Part shown: positions 7,300-16,741 of the stretch, one piece after another
Layout of the letters: every line of letters starts with the position of its first letter
Numbering within the stretch: the stretch's first letter is position 1
Position numbers and translations under genes: made by a program
The notes under the pieces: generated by a model
Database searches by the model: none
What the model saw: the letters and a program-made list of their open reading frames with translations, nothing else
Told to the model about the DNA's origin: nothing
Origin: a virus
Lineage: Duplodnaviria > Caudoviricetes
IMG/VR virus record: IMGVR_UViG_3300033067_000741
Location: 1 to 43,668 of that record
Length of the DNA stretch: 43,668 bases
Reading direction: 5' to 3' (one strand)

Positions 7300-9788
7300 A
7301 AATCCTTAAATGTAGTTTTCTTCTCTACTTCCCATCCTATAATAGAAGTTAATCTATCAATAGGATTGACAAATACTTTCTCAAATTGTTTCTCTTTATC
7401 AATATATTGATCTAATTTTAATTCTTCTGGCAATACTGTTGATACAGATATAACAGAATCAAATACAGGATTAGGTTGTTTTAAACATATGAATTTAATC
7501 TTCTCACCCTCTTGGATGGTCGGATATTTATCAGTTAGTTTCTTTTCCTTGATCCATTTGTTATATATCAATGCACCTTTAACATGCATTGGTGTTCCTT
7601 TTTGATATATATTGAATGAAGATTCATATTTCTTTAAGTTGTTAACTGAAGAAGGACAAGCAATATCTTCTACAGGCATTTCAATAAATTTTTTCTTAAA
7701 GTTTTCAATATGAGCAATCAAAGCATCATTGTCCTTATGAAGGATAATCTTAATTGCTTCTTTAAGACTTTCCCTACATACTTGTGGTGTAGATGATCTA
7801 ACCGCCTCAATACCAGTTATTTTAATTTCTGGTTCTTTATATGCAATACCTTCATTATCATAAACAGACATTGCATAACGTTTCTTAGCAGTGAAAATGC
7901 CTACATCAGCAATTGCTTCTCGTTTCATTTTCATTTTGTTTACACGAGCATTTGTCATACCTTGAAATTCTTCAAAGCATTTAGCAATGAATGGTTCAAT
8001 TTTTTCTTTACATACTTTATCTAATATCTTAGTAATAGCATGTTTATCTGTTTCATTTGGAATATATTTTTCAACAAATGCATCAAAAGAAACATATGCA
8101 GAGTCAGTATCCATAGTAATAATGTAATCGATACCTTCGGTCTTCATGATCTTATTCATGAAATCATTAATTTTAGAACCAATATATTTGATTGTCATTT
8201 GACCAGAAGTTGTAACGGCAGTAGCATTATAAACAGAGAACCATCTAAAATACATATTAGCCAATGCACCATATGCAGAATTTAACTGAATTTTCTTAGA
8301 AAGTTGTAAGTTATGATAACGAGCAATCTTATTCTTCAGTGCTTGTGAAGGGTTCTTTTCATTTTCCTTCTTAGCTTCTTTCATGATTTCTTTATAACGT
8401 TCTCTATCTTCGAACATCTTTTCCATAAGTCTTGGAAGAAATCCTTGGAATGAATTATCATATAAACAATAATTAGCAGTGCATGATAAATTCTTTTCTT
8501 TTAAGAAATCTAGATAAGAATCTATAATAGCCAATGAACCATGTTCATCATCTAATCCTAATGTTCCTCTAAATGTTTCCGCAGATATATTATACTGCAT
8601 AATAATATGGGGATACAACGAGGTAAGATCGAATGAAACTGGCCATTTATATTTGCCGGGAATAGGGTCTTTTACATATCCACCCGGAATAGCAGTGAAA
8701 TCATTGCCGGGATTAAAAAATGGGACAACTATTTTTTTGTCCATTAAATAATTATGGATAATTACGTCCCATGGCTTAACTGTAGCTAATGTATCTTGGT
8801 AAGTAACTTTAGCATCATAAGCCAATGCTAATACCTGTTCAATAAAACCTAACTTTTCTTCTAATCTTGAAATCAATACACAGTCATGGATATTATATTC
8901 CATGAATAATTGGAAATTATCTCGGTATAGATTTTGTAATGAACCATATGATGAGTAATCTAATTTCTTTTCATCTAGTTCTTTAACTGCTATGTAATTA
9001 AGAGCATAAGATTCTTGTTGGGAGAACATAAACTTTTTGTATATGACCATATAATCAAGGATATTAATTCCTAATAGATTATATGAAGTTACTTCTTTGA
9101 AGCCCAAATCGATCTTTTTATCATGGATCATTTTCCATGGAGATAAACGTTTTGATGCATTATCGCCCAAAACTATTTTAATTCTATTAACAAGATATGG
9201 AATATCGAATGTTTCAATGTTCCAACCAGTGACAATATCTGGCATCCATGAATCAGATTCCCATACACCTAAAAATTTCTCTAATAGGTCTTCTTCATTT
9301 TTACATTTAACATAAACAGTATTTTTGTCAGTAGGCGTAAATTTACCACATCCAAAACAAATGTTTTGATCGCCTTTACGTAAGGTAATTGCAGTAATTT
9401 CTTTTGAAGCCAAGTCAGGGTGTGGGAACCCTTGGTCTGATGCAACTTCGATATCTAGAACAACTATGTTTAGTTTTGAGGAATCATAGTCTATATCACC
9501 GGGATAATTTTCATAGATATATGTGTAGATATAATCTGTTAGACCATAAAGCTTCATATTTGAAACATCTTTATAGTCATATATAAATTGTTTAATTTCG
9601 GTTATTGAATCAAAATCTATTTTATCAACATAATTGCCAGATAAGGTTTTATACTCTGCATCTGGTTTTTTGGAATCGATGAATAAATAAGGCTTATAAG
9701 GAATTTTAAATTTTACTTTTTTACCATTTACTATTGCTCTTATTAATATATTGTTTTTTATTTGATTTGCTGTTATATAAAAATTCAT
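7290..9788 (-). CDS. 43: family B DNA polymerase (gp43)
   Basis: Exo LDIEV, TGWNIETFDIPY, YNIHD; pol SFDLTSLYP, KIQLNSAYG, DTDS, KKRY; uninterrupted. Confidence 0.98.
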   Translation of the reverse strand: MNFYITANQIKNNILIRAIVNGKKVKFKIPYKPYLFIDSKKPDAEYKTLSGNYVDKIDFDSITEIKQFIYDYKDVSNMKLYGLTDYIYTYIYENYPGDIDYDSSKLNIVVLDIEVASDQGFPHPDLASKEITAITLRKGDQNICFGCGKFTPTDKNTVYVKCKNEEDLLEKFLGVWESDSWMPDIVTGWNIETFDIPYLVNRIKIVLGDNASKRLSPWKMIHDKKIDLGFKEVTSYNLLGINILDYMVIYKKFMFSQQESYALNYIAVKELDEKKLDYSSYGSLQNLYRDNFQLFMEYNIHDCVLISRLEEKLGFIEQVLALAYDAKVTYQDTLATVKPWDVIIHNYLMDKKIVVPFFNPGNDFTAIPGGYVKDPIPGKYKWPVSFDLTSLYPHIIMQYNISAETFRGTLGLDDEHGSLAIIDSYLDFLKEKNLSCTANYCLYDNSFQGFLPRLMEKMFEDRERYKEIMKEAKKENEKNPSQALKNKIARYHNLQLSKKIQLNSAYGALANMYFRWFSVYNATAVTTSGQMTIKYIGSKINDFMNKIMKTEGIDYIITMDTDSAYVSFDAFVEKYIPNETDKHAITKILDKVCKEKIEPFIAKCFEEFQGMTNARVNKMKMKREAIADVGIFTAKKRYAMSVYDNEGIAYKEPEIKITGIEAVRSSTPQVCRESLKEAIKIILHKDNDALIAHIENFKKKFIEMPVEDIACPSSVNNLKKYESSFNIYQKGTPMHVKGALIYNKWIKEKKLTDKYPTIQEGEKIKFICLKQPNPVFDSVISVSTVLPEELKLDQYIDKEKQFEKVFVNPIDRLTSIIGWEVEKKTTFKDLWI

Positions 9789-9815
9789 GCACTACACTTC
9801 CCTAGTAATAATTGT

Positions 9816-9844
9816 ATTCTATCACACCAGTCTAAAAAATTCAA
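9816..9844 (-). promoter_or_regulatory. sigma70-type promoter for gp43
   Basis: TTGAAT (9839-9844), 17 bp, TG-A-TAGAAT (9816-9821). Confidence 0.6.
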
Positions 9845-9862
9845 GGGGCAAATTTGCCCCTT
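9843..9862. terminator. hairpin, probable intrinsic terminator
   Basis: Perfect palindrome AAGGGGCAAATTTGCCCCTT directly after the phosphoesterase stop, T-run follows on minus strand. Confidence 0.7.
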
Positions 9863-10427
9863 AATATTTGTTGTAATGCCACATAAAATCTTTTTCAGAT
9901 GGAGCATATTTTTCTTGCTTTTCAGCAATTTTAATTCTTAACTCATCTATTTCAATAGGTGTGTAGTTAATATTTTCAACTGACACGTTAAAATGATTAC
10001 CAGAGTTGATATCTTTTTCATGAATATGGCCATGAACATTAACACCATATCTTTCTAAGATTGTTCCGGTATGCATTGGATAGTGGGTTAACACTAAGCC
10101 GGGCAATTCAGCGAACATATGGATAGATTTGAAATATTTACTATATTCCTCCAATGAAAATCTATCATGATTTCCTAATGTTAATCTTTTATATCCATTT
10201 AACCTATCTAAAATTTTTAAATGTGATGCATTCTGGAATGCAACATCACCTAAATGATAGACTTCATCGCCCTGTTTAACGACGGAGTTCCATCTTTTAA
10301 CTAATTCTTCATTCATTTCTTCCCATGAATCCCATGGTCTAACTTTTGTTTCACCATCTAATCTCTTAAATTTGCATATATTGATATGCGAAAAGTGAGT
10401 ATCAGATACTATAAAGATATTTTTCAT
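9861..10427 (-). CDS. calcineurin-like metallophosphoesterase
   Basis: SDTHFSH, HLGD, GNHD, THYP, HGHIH motifs. Confidence 0.92.
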   Translation of the reverse strand: MKNIFIVSDTHFSHINICKFKRLDGETKVRPWDSWEEMNEELVKRWNSVVKQGDEVYHLGDVAFQNASHLKILDRLNGYKRLTLGNHDRFSLEEYSKYFKSIHMFAELPGLVLTHYPMHTGTILERYGVNVHGHIHEKDINSGNHFNVSVENINYTPIEIDELRIKIAEKQEKYAPSEKDFMWHYNKY

Positions 10428-10606
10428 TAATGTAAAGTTCCTCTTTCCTCTATGTATAACATTTCTCTTTGTTCATCATATAAGATGCGAAATTTTATAT
10501 TTCCCAACTTACATAGATTAATTTTCTTAATGAAGTCTGTATAAACTTCATTTTCACCATTCATGACAACCATACTTCTAAATTCTTGTTCATCTATTTC
10601 TATCAT
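10427..10606 (-). CDS. 59-aa hypothetical protein
   Basis: Manual read MIEIDEQEFRSMVVMNGENEVYTDFIKKINLCKLGNIKFRILYDEQREMLYIEERGTLH; TAATG coupling to next gene. Confidence 0.65.
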   Translation of the reverse strand: MIEIDEQEFRSMVVMNGENEVYTDFIKKINLCKLGNIKFRILYDEQREMLYIEERGTLH

Positions 10607-10620
10607 TGAATTGCCTTTTC

Positions 10621-10638
10621 TATAAATACTAATAAATA
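10621..10638 (+). promoter_or_regulatory. T4 late promoter(s) for the spanin pair
   Basis: TATAAATA 10621-10628 and AATAAATA 10631-10638, then GGAG SD and ATG 10651. Confidence 0.8.
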
Positions 10639-10650
10639 CGGAGAAATATC

Positions 10651-11004
10651 ATGTTAGGTTCATTTAGTTTAGTTCAAAAAATTGTTGGCGGTATTGCCTT
10701 ATTCATCATTCTAGGGGGATTAATCCTAGGTGGTAAATATATTTATGATGAAAGGATTCGTGAAACAGCCAGATTACAATATAATAATGAACAACTTGCT
10801 GTAGTAGTAAATGAATTACAAGCACAAAGACAAGCCATGGAAAGATTCAATACCACTGCAAAGGTATTATTAGATGATTTAGCTAAAAGAAACCAAGAAT
10901 TAGAAGAACGTGGTAGAAAAATGGATGCAATAATTGATAATTCACCAGACAGCCCTGCTCCACAAGTATTTCGTGATCTATTTAAAGCATTAGGAGCAAG
11001 ATAA
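10651..11004 (+). CDS. inner-membrane spanin (Rz-like)
   Basis: Single N-terminal TM, long coiled coil, Pro hinge near the C-terminus; followed by a lipoprotein. Confidence 0.8.
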   Translation: MLGSFSLVQKIVGGIALFIILGGLILGGKYIYDERIRETARLQYNNEQLAVVVNELQAQRQAMERFNTTAKVLLDDLAKRNQELEERGRKMDAIIDNSPDSPAPQVFRDLFKALGAR

Positions 11005-11300
11005 TGTTAAAGTTTTTATTCGTTATATTATTAGCAATTGGGATAGCAGGTTGTCAACCCCAACAACAAGTAATTACTAGAACACAAATTCAAGTAATTA
11101 TTCCTCCTGCCGAATTATTTACCTGCCATCGTTTATTAGTTTCACAATTACCTAACACAGAAACATTAACTGTAAATCAAGTTGCTAGAGTAATGAGAAA
11201 ATTGATTAAAGATAATGCCGAATGTGCTAACAACATGGATGCTATTAAAGCTTTCTTACAAAAGGCTAAGATTGAATTGGAGATTCCTGTTCAACGTTAA
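11004..11300 (+). CDS. outer-membrane spanin lipoprotein (Rz1-like)
   Basis: Signal peptide with lipobox IAG-C, PPAELFTC, later Cys; coupled to i-spanin stop. Confidence 0.82.
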   Translation: MLKFLFVILLAIGIAGCQPQQQVITRTQIQVIIPPAELFTCHRLLVSQLPNTETLTVNQVARVMRKLIKDNAECANNMDAIKAFLQKAKIELEIPVQR

Positions 11301-11421
11301 TATACCCTTTGTATGGGCCTCCATACACACATGATCCAACATAAGGACCGTCTATATAAAGCCTACACTTTTCACAAGTAGGGCATTTATATTCGACGGT
11401 TTTATGTTGTTTATCTTTCAT
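11266..11421 (-). CDS. 51-aa Cys-rich hypothetical protein
   Basis: Manual read MKDKQHKTVEYKCPTCEKCRLYIDGPYVGSCVYGGPYKGYINVEQESPIQS; overlaps the o-spanin 3' end convergently. Confidence 0.5.
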   Translation of the reverse strand: MKDKQHKTVEYKCPTCEKCRLYIDGPYVGSCVYGGPYKGYINVEQESPIQS

Positions 11422-11995
11422 TTTTCTTTTCTTCTGGTGTCTTCAATACTGACCAATCTAAATCATCTTCACCTAAAATTGGTTCTAATTTATCAACATC
11501 ATAAAACAATACTGTTTCTCTTTCTGTCTTTGAATTAGGCATTAAGAAATCATCTTGTCTATCATAATTGATAAGTTTATCACTATCTAAAATAAATACT
11601 TTCTTAATTCTTGTAGCAGCAAACACTATGTAAAATTTATTACCCATAGCATGGGCTACATTTAAATAATTATTAACTTCGGCTTTAGGAAGGTTTAGAT
11701 AATACTTACCTAAATAATTTCCTTTGCCTTTGGTTCCACCTTTACACTTTGCCTCAATGTAACAAACTTCACCGTCTTTGTCAAACCCTAAAAAGTCTGG
11801 TATTTTGTAATCTTTATTATTGATAGTAATTCGCTTCTTCGAAGAATACTCATCAATGTGTTGGACATTGTTAAAGTGTTTTTCAATAAATGGTCTGATC
11901 ATTTCTTCAAATGTTTGACCTTCTTTTAAATTCTTTGAAAATCTTTCATCAGATTTAGATGCAAAAAAATCTACCATTTCATATTCTGTATTCAT
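11411..11995 (-). CDS. PD-(D/E)xK superfamily nuclease
   Basis: G..FE helix, KIPDF, YIEAK catalytic pattern. Confidence 0.75.
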   Translation of the reverse strand: MNTEYEMVDFFASKSDERFSKNLKEGQTFEEMIRPFIEKHFNNVQHIDEYSSKKRITINNKDYKIPDFLGFDKDGEVCYIEAKCKGGTKGKGNYLGKYYLNLPKAEVNNYLNVAHAMGNKFYIVFAATRIKKVFILDSDKLINYDRQDDFLMPNSKTERETVLFYDVDKLEPILGEDDLDWSVLKTPEEKKNER

Positions 11996-12096
11996 ACTTT
12001 ATTCTCTTATGTTTTAATTACGCCGTCGATAGCGTCGGTCACGATTGACCCCAAAACATCATAATTTATTACGATACAATCCTAAGATTGAATCAT

Positions 12097-12126
12097 AGAA
12101 TACCACATAACAACTCAATATGTCAA
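12097..12126 (-). promoter_or_regulatory. sigma70-type promoter for the nuclease gene
   Basis: TTGACA (12121-12126), 18 bp, TG-G-TATTCT extended -10. Confidence 0.6.
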
Positions 12127-12143
12127 GCAACTTTTGATTGTAA

Positions 12144-12359
12144 TCAACCGTTTAGTAATCTAGGGTTTAAGTTGCCTTCAACAAAATCTTCCGCAAAATT
12201 ACACAGTTCTTGATAAGAACCTTTTCTTTTAAATGAATTAACTACATATTCATCTTCAAGGAAAATAATCTCATATTCATTACCTTCCTTGAATGTTTGA
12301 ACAGCACGTTTACCATCTTTAGACATAAAATGATCTAATAATATTCTTTTTGTTTCCAT
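12144..12359 (-). CDS. hypothetical protein
   Basis: 71 aa ORF with AAGGAAG SD. Confidence 0.7.
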   Translation of the reverse strand: METKRILLDHFMSKDGKRAVQTFKEGNEYEIIFLEDEYVVNSFKRKGSYQELCNFAEDFVEGNLNPRLLNG

Positions 12360-12383
12360 TATTCTTCCTTTAATAAAAAATCG

Positions 12384-13484
12384 TCAATCATTAGAAAGTA
12401 AATAAAGATTATTTATTACCTTGAATGAGATTGAAGGGTCTTTAATAGATTTGAAAACAACACCTTCAGCAATTTCATTGTTCATTGATTTACGATCAGC
12501 ATATGTTAAGAAATCTTCAAGAGTGAAGTCATCAACATATACTTGCGTATTAATGTCTGGACAATCCAGAAGGTCCATAAAATAATCATCTAAGAAACAA
12601 TGTCTTTCTCGACAATTTAAATATGTACCTTTATCAATATCATAAACATCAAACACATACATATCATGGTCTGACAAACCTTCACGATTGCCTTGAATGC
12701 CGGGACCCATCAATTCACCTTGAATTGCATAGTTAAGATTATTTTCCTTTAGAGTTTCAATAATCTTATGCTTCTTAGCAACTTTCCAGAAAGTATTAGT
12801 ATCATCTTCAATAAGGTCTAGGTTACGTGAACATACACCAGAATCACCATTGTTATGATATACAGTCATAGATGAACCATCTAGTTTAAGAGTTGCCTCC
12901 CAAACATGATCTTTCCATTTTGATTGTAAATTTTTAATACAGTTTTGGATACGTTCTTGATCAGTCTTAGGAATGAATGAAGGGAAATTACCTTTCATAA
13001 TTCCAGACATTGAAGGCGGAACAGGAGGATCATATTTGATGACACCTAGTAATTCAGTGACATCAATTATATCATTATATAATGAACCATCAGTATCAGT
13101 TAATGATGTATTGACATAATCTCTAGTGTAATCTGCTAAAGTTTCTAATTTACCAGATTGAATAATTTCTGGAAATTCAGAAAGTGGTAATGAAAGACCT
13201 TGTGACAGTTCTCCACGTAGCTTAATAGTTTTAATTCTGAAACCTTCGGTTCCATCTTCAAATTTTTTATAACAAGCTTTACGTAGGAATTCATATCTTT
13301 CATCAATCGGAAGGAATGAATCAATTTCAAAGAACACACAATAATCGCCGGGTTTATAATTATCCTTTTGGGTAACTACTTGCCAACCACCAATTTTAGC
13401 AACAACGATTTTATCGGCACCTTCAATAGGTAGGATTTCATCAATGCGTCTAATAGTGGCCAGTTTACGTTTAATATCTGACAT
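12384..13484 (-). CDS. RNA ligase, DRB0094/Rnl2-like family
   Basis: RKLATIRRI..I.PIEGADKI N-terminal module, LRGELSQGL, KLDGSS adenylation motif, QGELMG, EGVVFK, FKVINN; start moved to MSDIKRK at 13484. Confidence 0.9.
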   Translation of the reverse strand: MSDIKRKLATIRRIDEILPIEGADKIVVAKIGGWQVVTQKDNYKPGDYCVFFEIDSFLPIDERYEFLRKACYKKFEDGTEGFRIKTIKLRGELSQGLSLPLSEFPEIIQSGKLETLADYTRDYVNTSLTDTDGSLYNDIIDVTELLGVIKYDPPVPPSMSGIMKGNFPSFIPKTDQERIQNCIKNLQSKWKDHVWEATLKLDGSSMTVYHNNGDSGVCSRNLDLIEDDTNTFWKVAKKHKIIETLKENNLNYAIQGELMGPGIQGNREGLSDHDMYVFDVYDIDKGTYLNCRERHCFLDDYFMDLLDCPDINTQVYVDDFTLEDFLTYADRKSMNNEIAEGVVFKSIKDPSISFKVINNLYLLSND

Positions 13485-13794
13485 TATTTTTAACTCCATC
13501 TTCTCGAATTTCAAGGTCATTCATTTCTCTATTAATAAATTCATTATAGAGTTGATTTCTAATATATTCAGAAGCAACAACTAAAACAAAATTTACATCA
13601 GTCATTCCCAATTCTTCATCAGTTTTCAATTCTATTTCAAGATGATCTAAATCGGCTTCTGTAATTGGTCCTTTATAAGCAACCATATGCAAAACCTTTG
13701 TTTGTGTTTCAGTATCTAATGCTAACACTAAAATATCATCACTTTTAATCATATCTAATACTTCTTCAGAAGAAGCTTCTCTCTTTTCACTCAT
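13471..13794 (-). CDS. hypothetical protein
   Basis: 107 aa acidic ORF in operon. Confidence 0.65.
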   Translation of the reverse strand: MSEKREASSEEVLDMIKSDDILVLALDTETQTKVLHMVAYKGPITEADLDHLEIELKTDEELGMTDVNFVLVVASEYIRNQLYNEFINREMNDLEIREDGVKNNVRY

Positions 13795-13809
13795 AATATA
13801 AATCTTTCT

Positions 13810-14148
13810 TTATCTAAAGTCAACAATCATATAATTTATATCTGTTATGTCTTCATTTGGCATAACATCAGGTTGTATTAATCTTTTAACTTCTTCTAAT
13901 TTTTCAAGGGTAGATTCTAATGACTTCCAAACAACTTCATCGTTTTTAGAGTCTTTTAAATCATTCAAGCATGATAGAAGGTTTGCGATGACACTAGAAT
14001 CTACTAACACCCTAACATCTTCTTTTTGATCTGTCAACCCTTCAGATAAGGTTTTGACTTCTAGTTTAGGGAATAAAATATTACTAATAGTATCTAATTT
14101 TGCTTTTGGGGTTAATTTTTTATTCATGGTTGTTCCACTGGTGCCCAT
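13810..14148 (-). CDS. hypothetical protein
   Basis: 112 aa ORF (start may be 14127). Confidence 0.65.
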   Translation of the reverse strand: MGTSGTTMNKKLTPKAKLDTISNILFPKLEVKTLSEGLTDQKEDVRVLVDSSVIANLLSCLNDLKDSKNDEVVWKSLESTLEKLEEVKRLIQPDVMPNEDITDINYMIVDFR

Positions 14149-14378
14149 TCTAATGTTGGTATGTATTCACAATAAAAATTTTCTAAATCATCTGGTTTAC
14201 CAAATACTCTAACAGCAGGACCAGAGTCAGTATCTTCAGTTAAAAACACAAGATGAAAACCTAATTGTGAAGGGTTATCTAATCCACATAGAAGTAGGTA
14301 TTGACACTCGCTATTAACATGTGTCAATACCATTTCTTCTTTATCTTTTGGATATTCGTTTATCCAAATTAGATTCAT
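14124..14378 (-). CDS. hypothetical protein
   Basis: 84 aa, ATGA overlap with regA. Confidence 0.65.
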   Translation of the reverse strand: MNLIWINEYPKDKEEMVLTHVNSECQYLLLCGLDNPSQLGFHLVFLTEDTDSGPAVRVFGKPDDLENFYCEYIPTLEWAPVEQP

Positions 14379-14782
14379 TTTTTAATACCGATTGAATATT
14401 TACTAATCAATTCCCAATTGCCTTTTTCTTTATAAGGAATAACCTTTATTTGTGACATAGGAACAGTAGGTTTTTTAATTTGATCAGGGTCAACTACCTT
14501 TAGTAATTTCCATTCTTGTAATAATCTGGCAATTTCATTTCTTCTACCTTTGTCCTCATCAGTGAAAGTAGATGATTTACCATCTAGAGCAAACAATTCC
14601 TTGAAATGAATGATTGCATATTTACCTTGTTTGTGTAGTATATGACATGATTGATATAGCTTATTGCCTTCTTTTGCTGCTACACCTATACGTGTCAATG
14701 TTTCTTTAATCTTTAGGAAGTCGTCTTCTTCAGCTATTCTTACTTCAACGCCATATCCTTTAAAAATTGAATCTTCAGTCAT
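14375..14782 (-). CDS. regA: translational repressor RegA
   Basis: DDFLKIKETLTRIGVA, LYQSCHILHKQGKYAIIHFKELFALDG, W.L.SKYSIG. Confidence 0.97.
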   Translation of the reverse strand: MTEDSIFKGYGVEVRIAEEDDFLKIKETLTRIGVAAKEGNKLYQSCHILHKQGKYAIIHFKELFALDGKSSTFTDEDKGRRNEIARLLQEWKLLKVVDPDQIKKPTVPMSQIKVIPYKEKGNWELISKYSIGIKK

Positions 14783-15158
14783 TTTTCAATCCACCTTTTT
14801 CTAATTCTTTTTGTATTTCATTAATTTGTTCATTATTTAATAATGATAAAATTGTCTTTGCTTTATCTAAAGAACAATTATAGTATTCAGATATTATCTC
14901 TACTCTATCATCATTAACAGGTTTAGACCATTTGGAAAATCTTTTTCTTGGTCTAATACTATTTAGAAGATAATAATATTGTAAATCTTTATCTAATCCA
15001 TTATATATATTCATGTCATTAGAATATAATATGGTATCAGGGAAATATGACAAACCTCTATTAATTAAATAGGAATTATATTCTGATATTTCTTGTTCTT
15101 CTAGAAGATTTTTCTTAGTGTAATTAATTGAATCTAAAAATTTGAATGGATTACTCAT
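14775..15158 (-). CDS. 62: clamp loader small subunit (gp62)
   Basis: PF.FL.SIN..K, Y..YLINRGLS.F.D, RKRFSKW; between gp44 and regA. Confidence 0.93.
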   Translation of the reverse strand: MSNPFKFLDSINYTKKNLLEEQEISEYNSYLINRGLSYFPDTILYSNDMNIYNGLDKDLQYYYLLNSIRPRKRFSKWSKPVNDDRVEIISEYYNCSLDKAKTILSLLNNEQINEIQKELEKGGLKND

Positions 15159-16081
15159 TTTATTTCACAGTTAATCATCACTTCAGCTATAAATGCCGCA
15201 GTGTTAATTTCTTTATCAGCAACAAAAGAAGATTGATATTGATACCTACCAATCAATAATACCAATGCTGGTATAGATGATGGCGTAAATGAAGTAGAAC
15301 AGTTATCATAAAAATGTCTGAATATTTGTTCATCTTCTAGGTCTGAATTTTCACCTACCCATTTTCTAACGGAAGTGAAATCTTTGTTTTTCATATGACC
15401 TAATAGAATATCAAAATTTTCGTCACTAGTTACAGTTAACAAACCAGTATCAACATTACCTTTAGATGCTTCTCTTTGTAAAATATTAAGCATTTTTCTT
15501 TGGTCTGGAAAATGCTTCTTAACAAATTCAGCCAATATCTTAGGTTCTATATCTACACCTTCAAGCTTAAGGATTCTATCAATATTTTGATAAACATCTT
15601 TAGCCAAAGATTTAGGCATTTTGAAATTGATTACAGGGGCTCTAGAATCTCTTAGAGGTTCAATAAGTTTGTTAGGATAATTACATGTGAAAATGAAACC
15701 ACAATTATCAGCAAATTCATTCATGAAATTTCTAAGGGCTGGTTGGGTTGATTGTGGATTTAGATAATCCGCCTCATCAAAAATTACATACTTACGTCCA
15801 CCGGAAAATGATTTAGACGATGCAAATGGTTCAATTTCATTCCGTAATGTATCAATATTTCTATCTTTAGAAGCTTGAACTATCATATAGTCAGCACCTA
15901 ATTCATTACACAATGCTATGGCAACAGTTGTTTTACCTACACCGGGACGACCAGCAAAAGTCATATTTGTTATGTTACCATTTTCAATCATACCTTTAAA
16001 CGCATCTTTTAAAGGTTTTGGAAGAATACATTCGTCTATTGTTTTAGGACGGTATTTTTCTTCCCACAAAAATTTTTCCAT
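15155..16081 (-). CDS. 44: clamp loader AAA+ subunit (gp44)
   Basis: LWEEKYRP, GRPGVGKTT, FDEADYL, FIFTCNY. Confidence 0.96.
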   Translation of the reverse strand: MEKFLWEEKYRPKTIDECILPKPLKDAFKGMIENGNITNMTFAGRPGVGKTTVAIALCNELGADYMIVQASKDRNIDTLRNEIEPFASSKSFSGGRKYVIFDEADYLNPQSTQPALRNFMNEFADNCGFIFTCNYPNKLIEPLRDSRAPVINFKMPKSLAKDVYQNIDRILKLEGVDIEPKILAEFVKKHFPDQRKMLNILQREASKGNVDTGLLTVTSDENFDILLGHMKNKDFTSVRKWVGENSDLEDEQIFRHFYDNCSTSFTPSSIPALVLLIGRYQYQSSFVADKEINTAAFIAEVMINCEIK

Positions 16082-16083
16082 TA

Positions 16084-16725
16084 TTAAGACTCCACAATGA
16101 CATAATATTTCACATCTGATCCAGTAAAGATTGCGTATCTAGAATTAATAGATACTTCAAACTCTGGATCATTAATTAGTTTTAAATTTTCTATATTAAA
16201 TATTGATCTAAATTCTTGATCAGTTTCGCCTATAACATTTTCATAAATGTCAGACGATGGGTTAGCGGTATTTAAACCTGTTATAGATAATTTTTGTCCA
16301 TCACCAATGATGGCAATTTCAGGTAGCTTCAATACCGATATAGCCTTCATTGTATCATTCAAAGTTGCGCTTGTCAATGTGAATGACACTAACTCATCTA
16401 GGGGAGGCAAGTTTTTCTTTGCATCATTCCTAATAATTGAAGGCGATGAATAGGTATATTTAATTTTTCTATTATCAGATGATATGTTTAAATAGTTATT
16501 TTGTAATTCTATTTCAGGATCATCAAATAATGATAGAACAGAAAGGAATTTATTCATTTCATAAATACCAAATTCCATTTCTATAGTTTCTTTAATAGTA
16601 GCCACAGCCTTAACAGTAGAAGACTGTGACACTGTTTTTATTTCATTGCCTTCATAAAAAATCATTTGGTTATTGATTGTAGAGAAGTTTTTAAGTAGTT
16701 TAATAGTTCTTTCAGATAATTTCAT
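16084..16725 (-). CDS. 45: sliding clamp (gp45)
   Basis: MKLSERTIKLLKNFSTIN, FGIYEMNKFL; synteny. Confidence 0.95.
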   Translation of the reverse strand: MKLSERTIKLLKNFSTINNQMIFYEGNEIKTVSQSSTVKAVATIKETIEMEFGIYEMNKFLSVLSLFDDPEIELQNNYLNISSDNRKIKYTYSSPSIIRNDAKKNLPPLDELVSFTLTSATLNDTMKAISVLKLPEIAIIGDGQKLSITGLNTANPSSDIYENVIGETDQEFRSIFNIENLKLINDPEFEVSINSRYAIFTGSDVKYYVIVES

Positions 16726-16741
16726 AATTTATTCCTATCGT

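Noticed and set aside
7290-9788. Intein, intron or split in gp43 (also checked gp41, gp17, gp20, gp23)
   Set aside because: Lengths and motif spacing are normal, with no insertions
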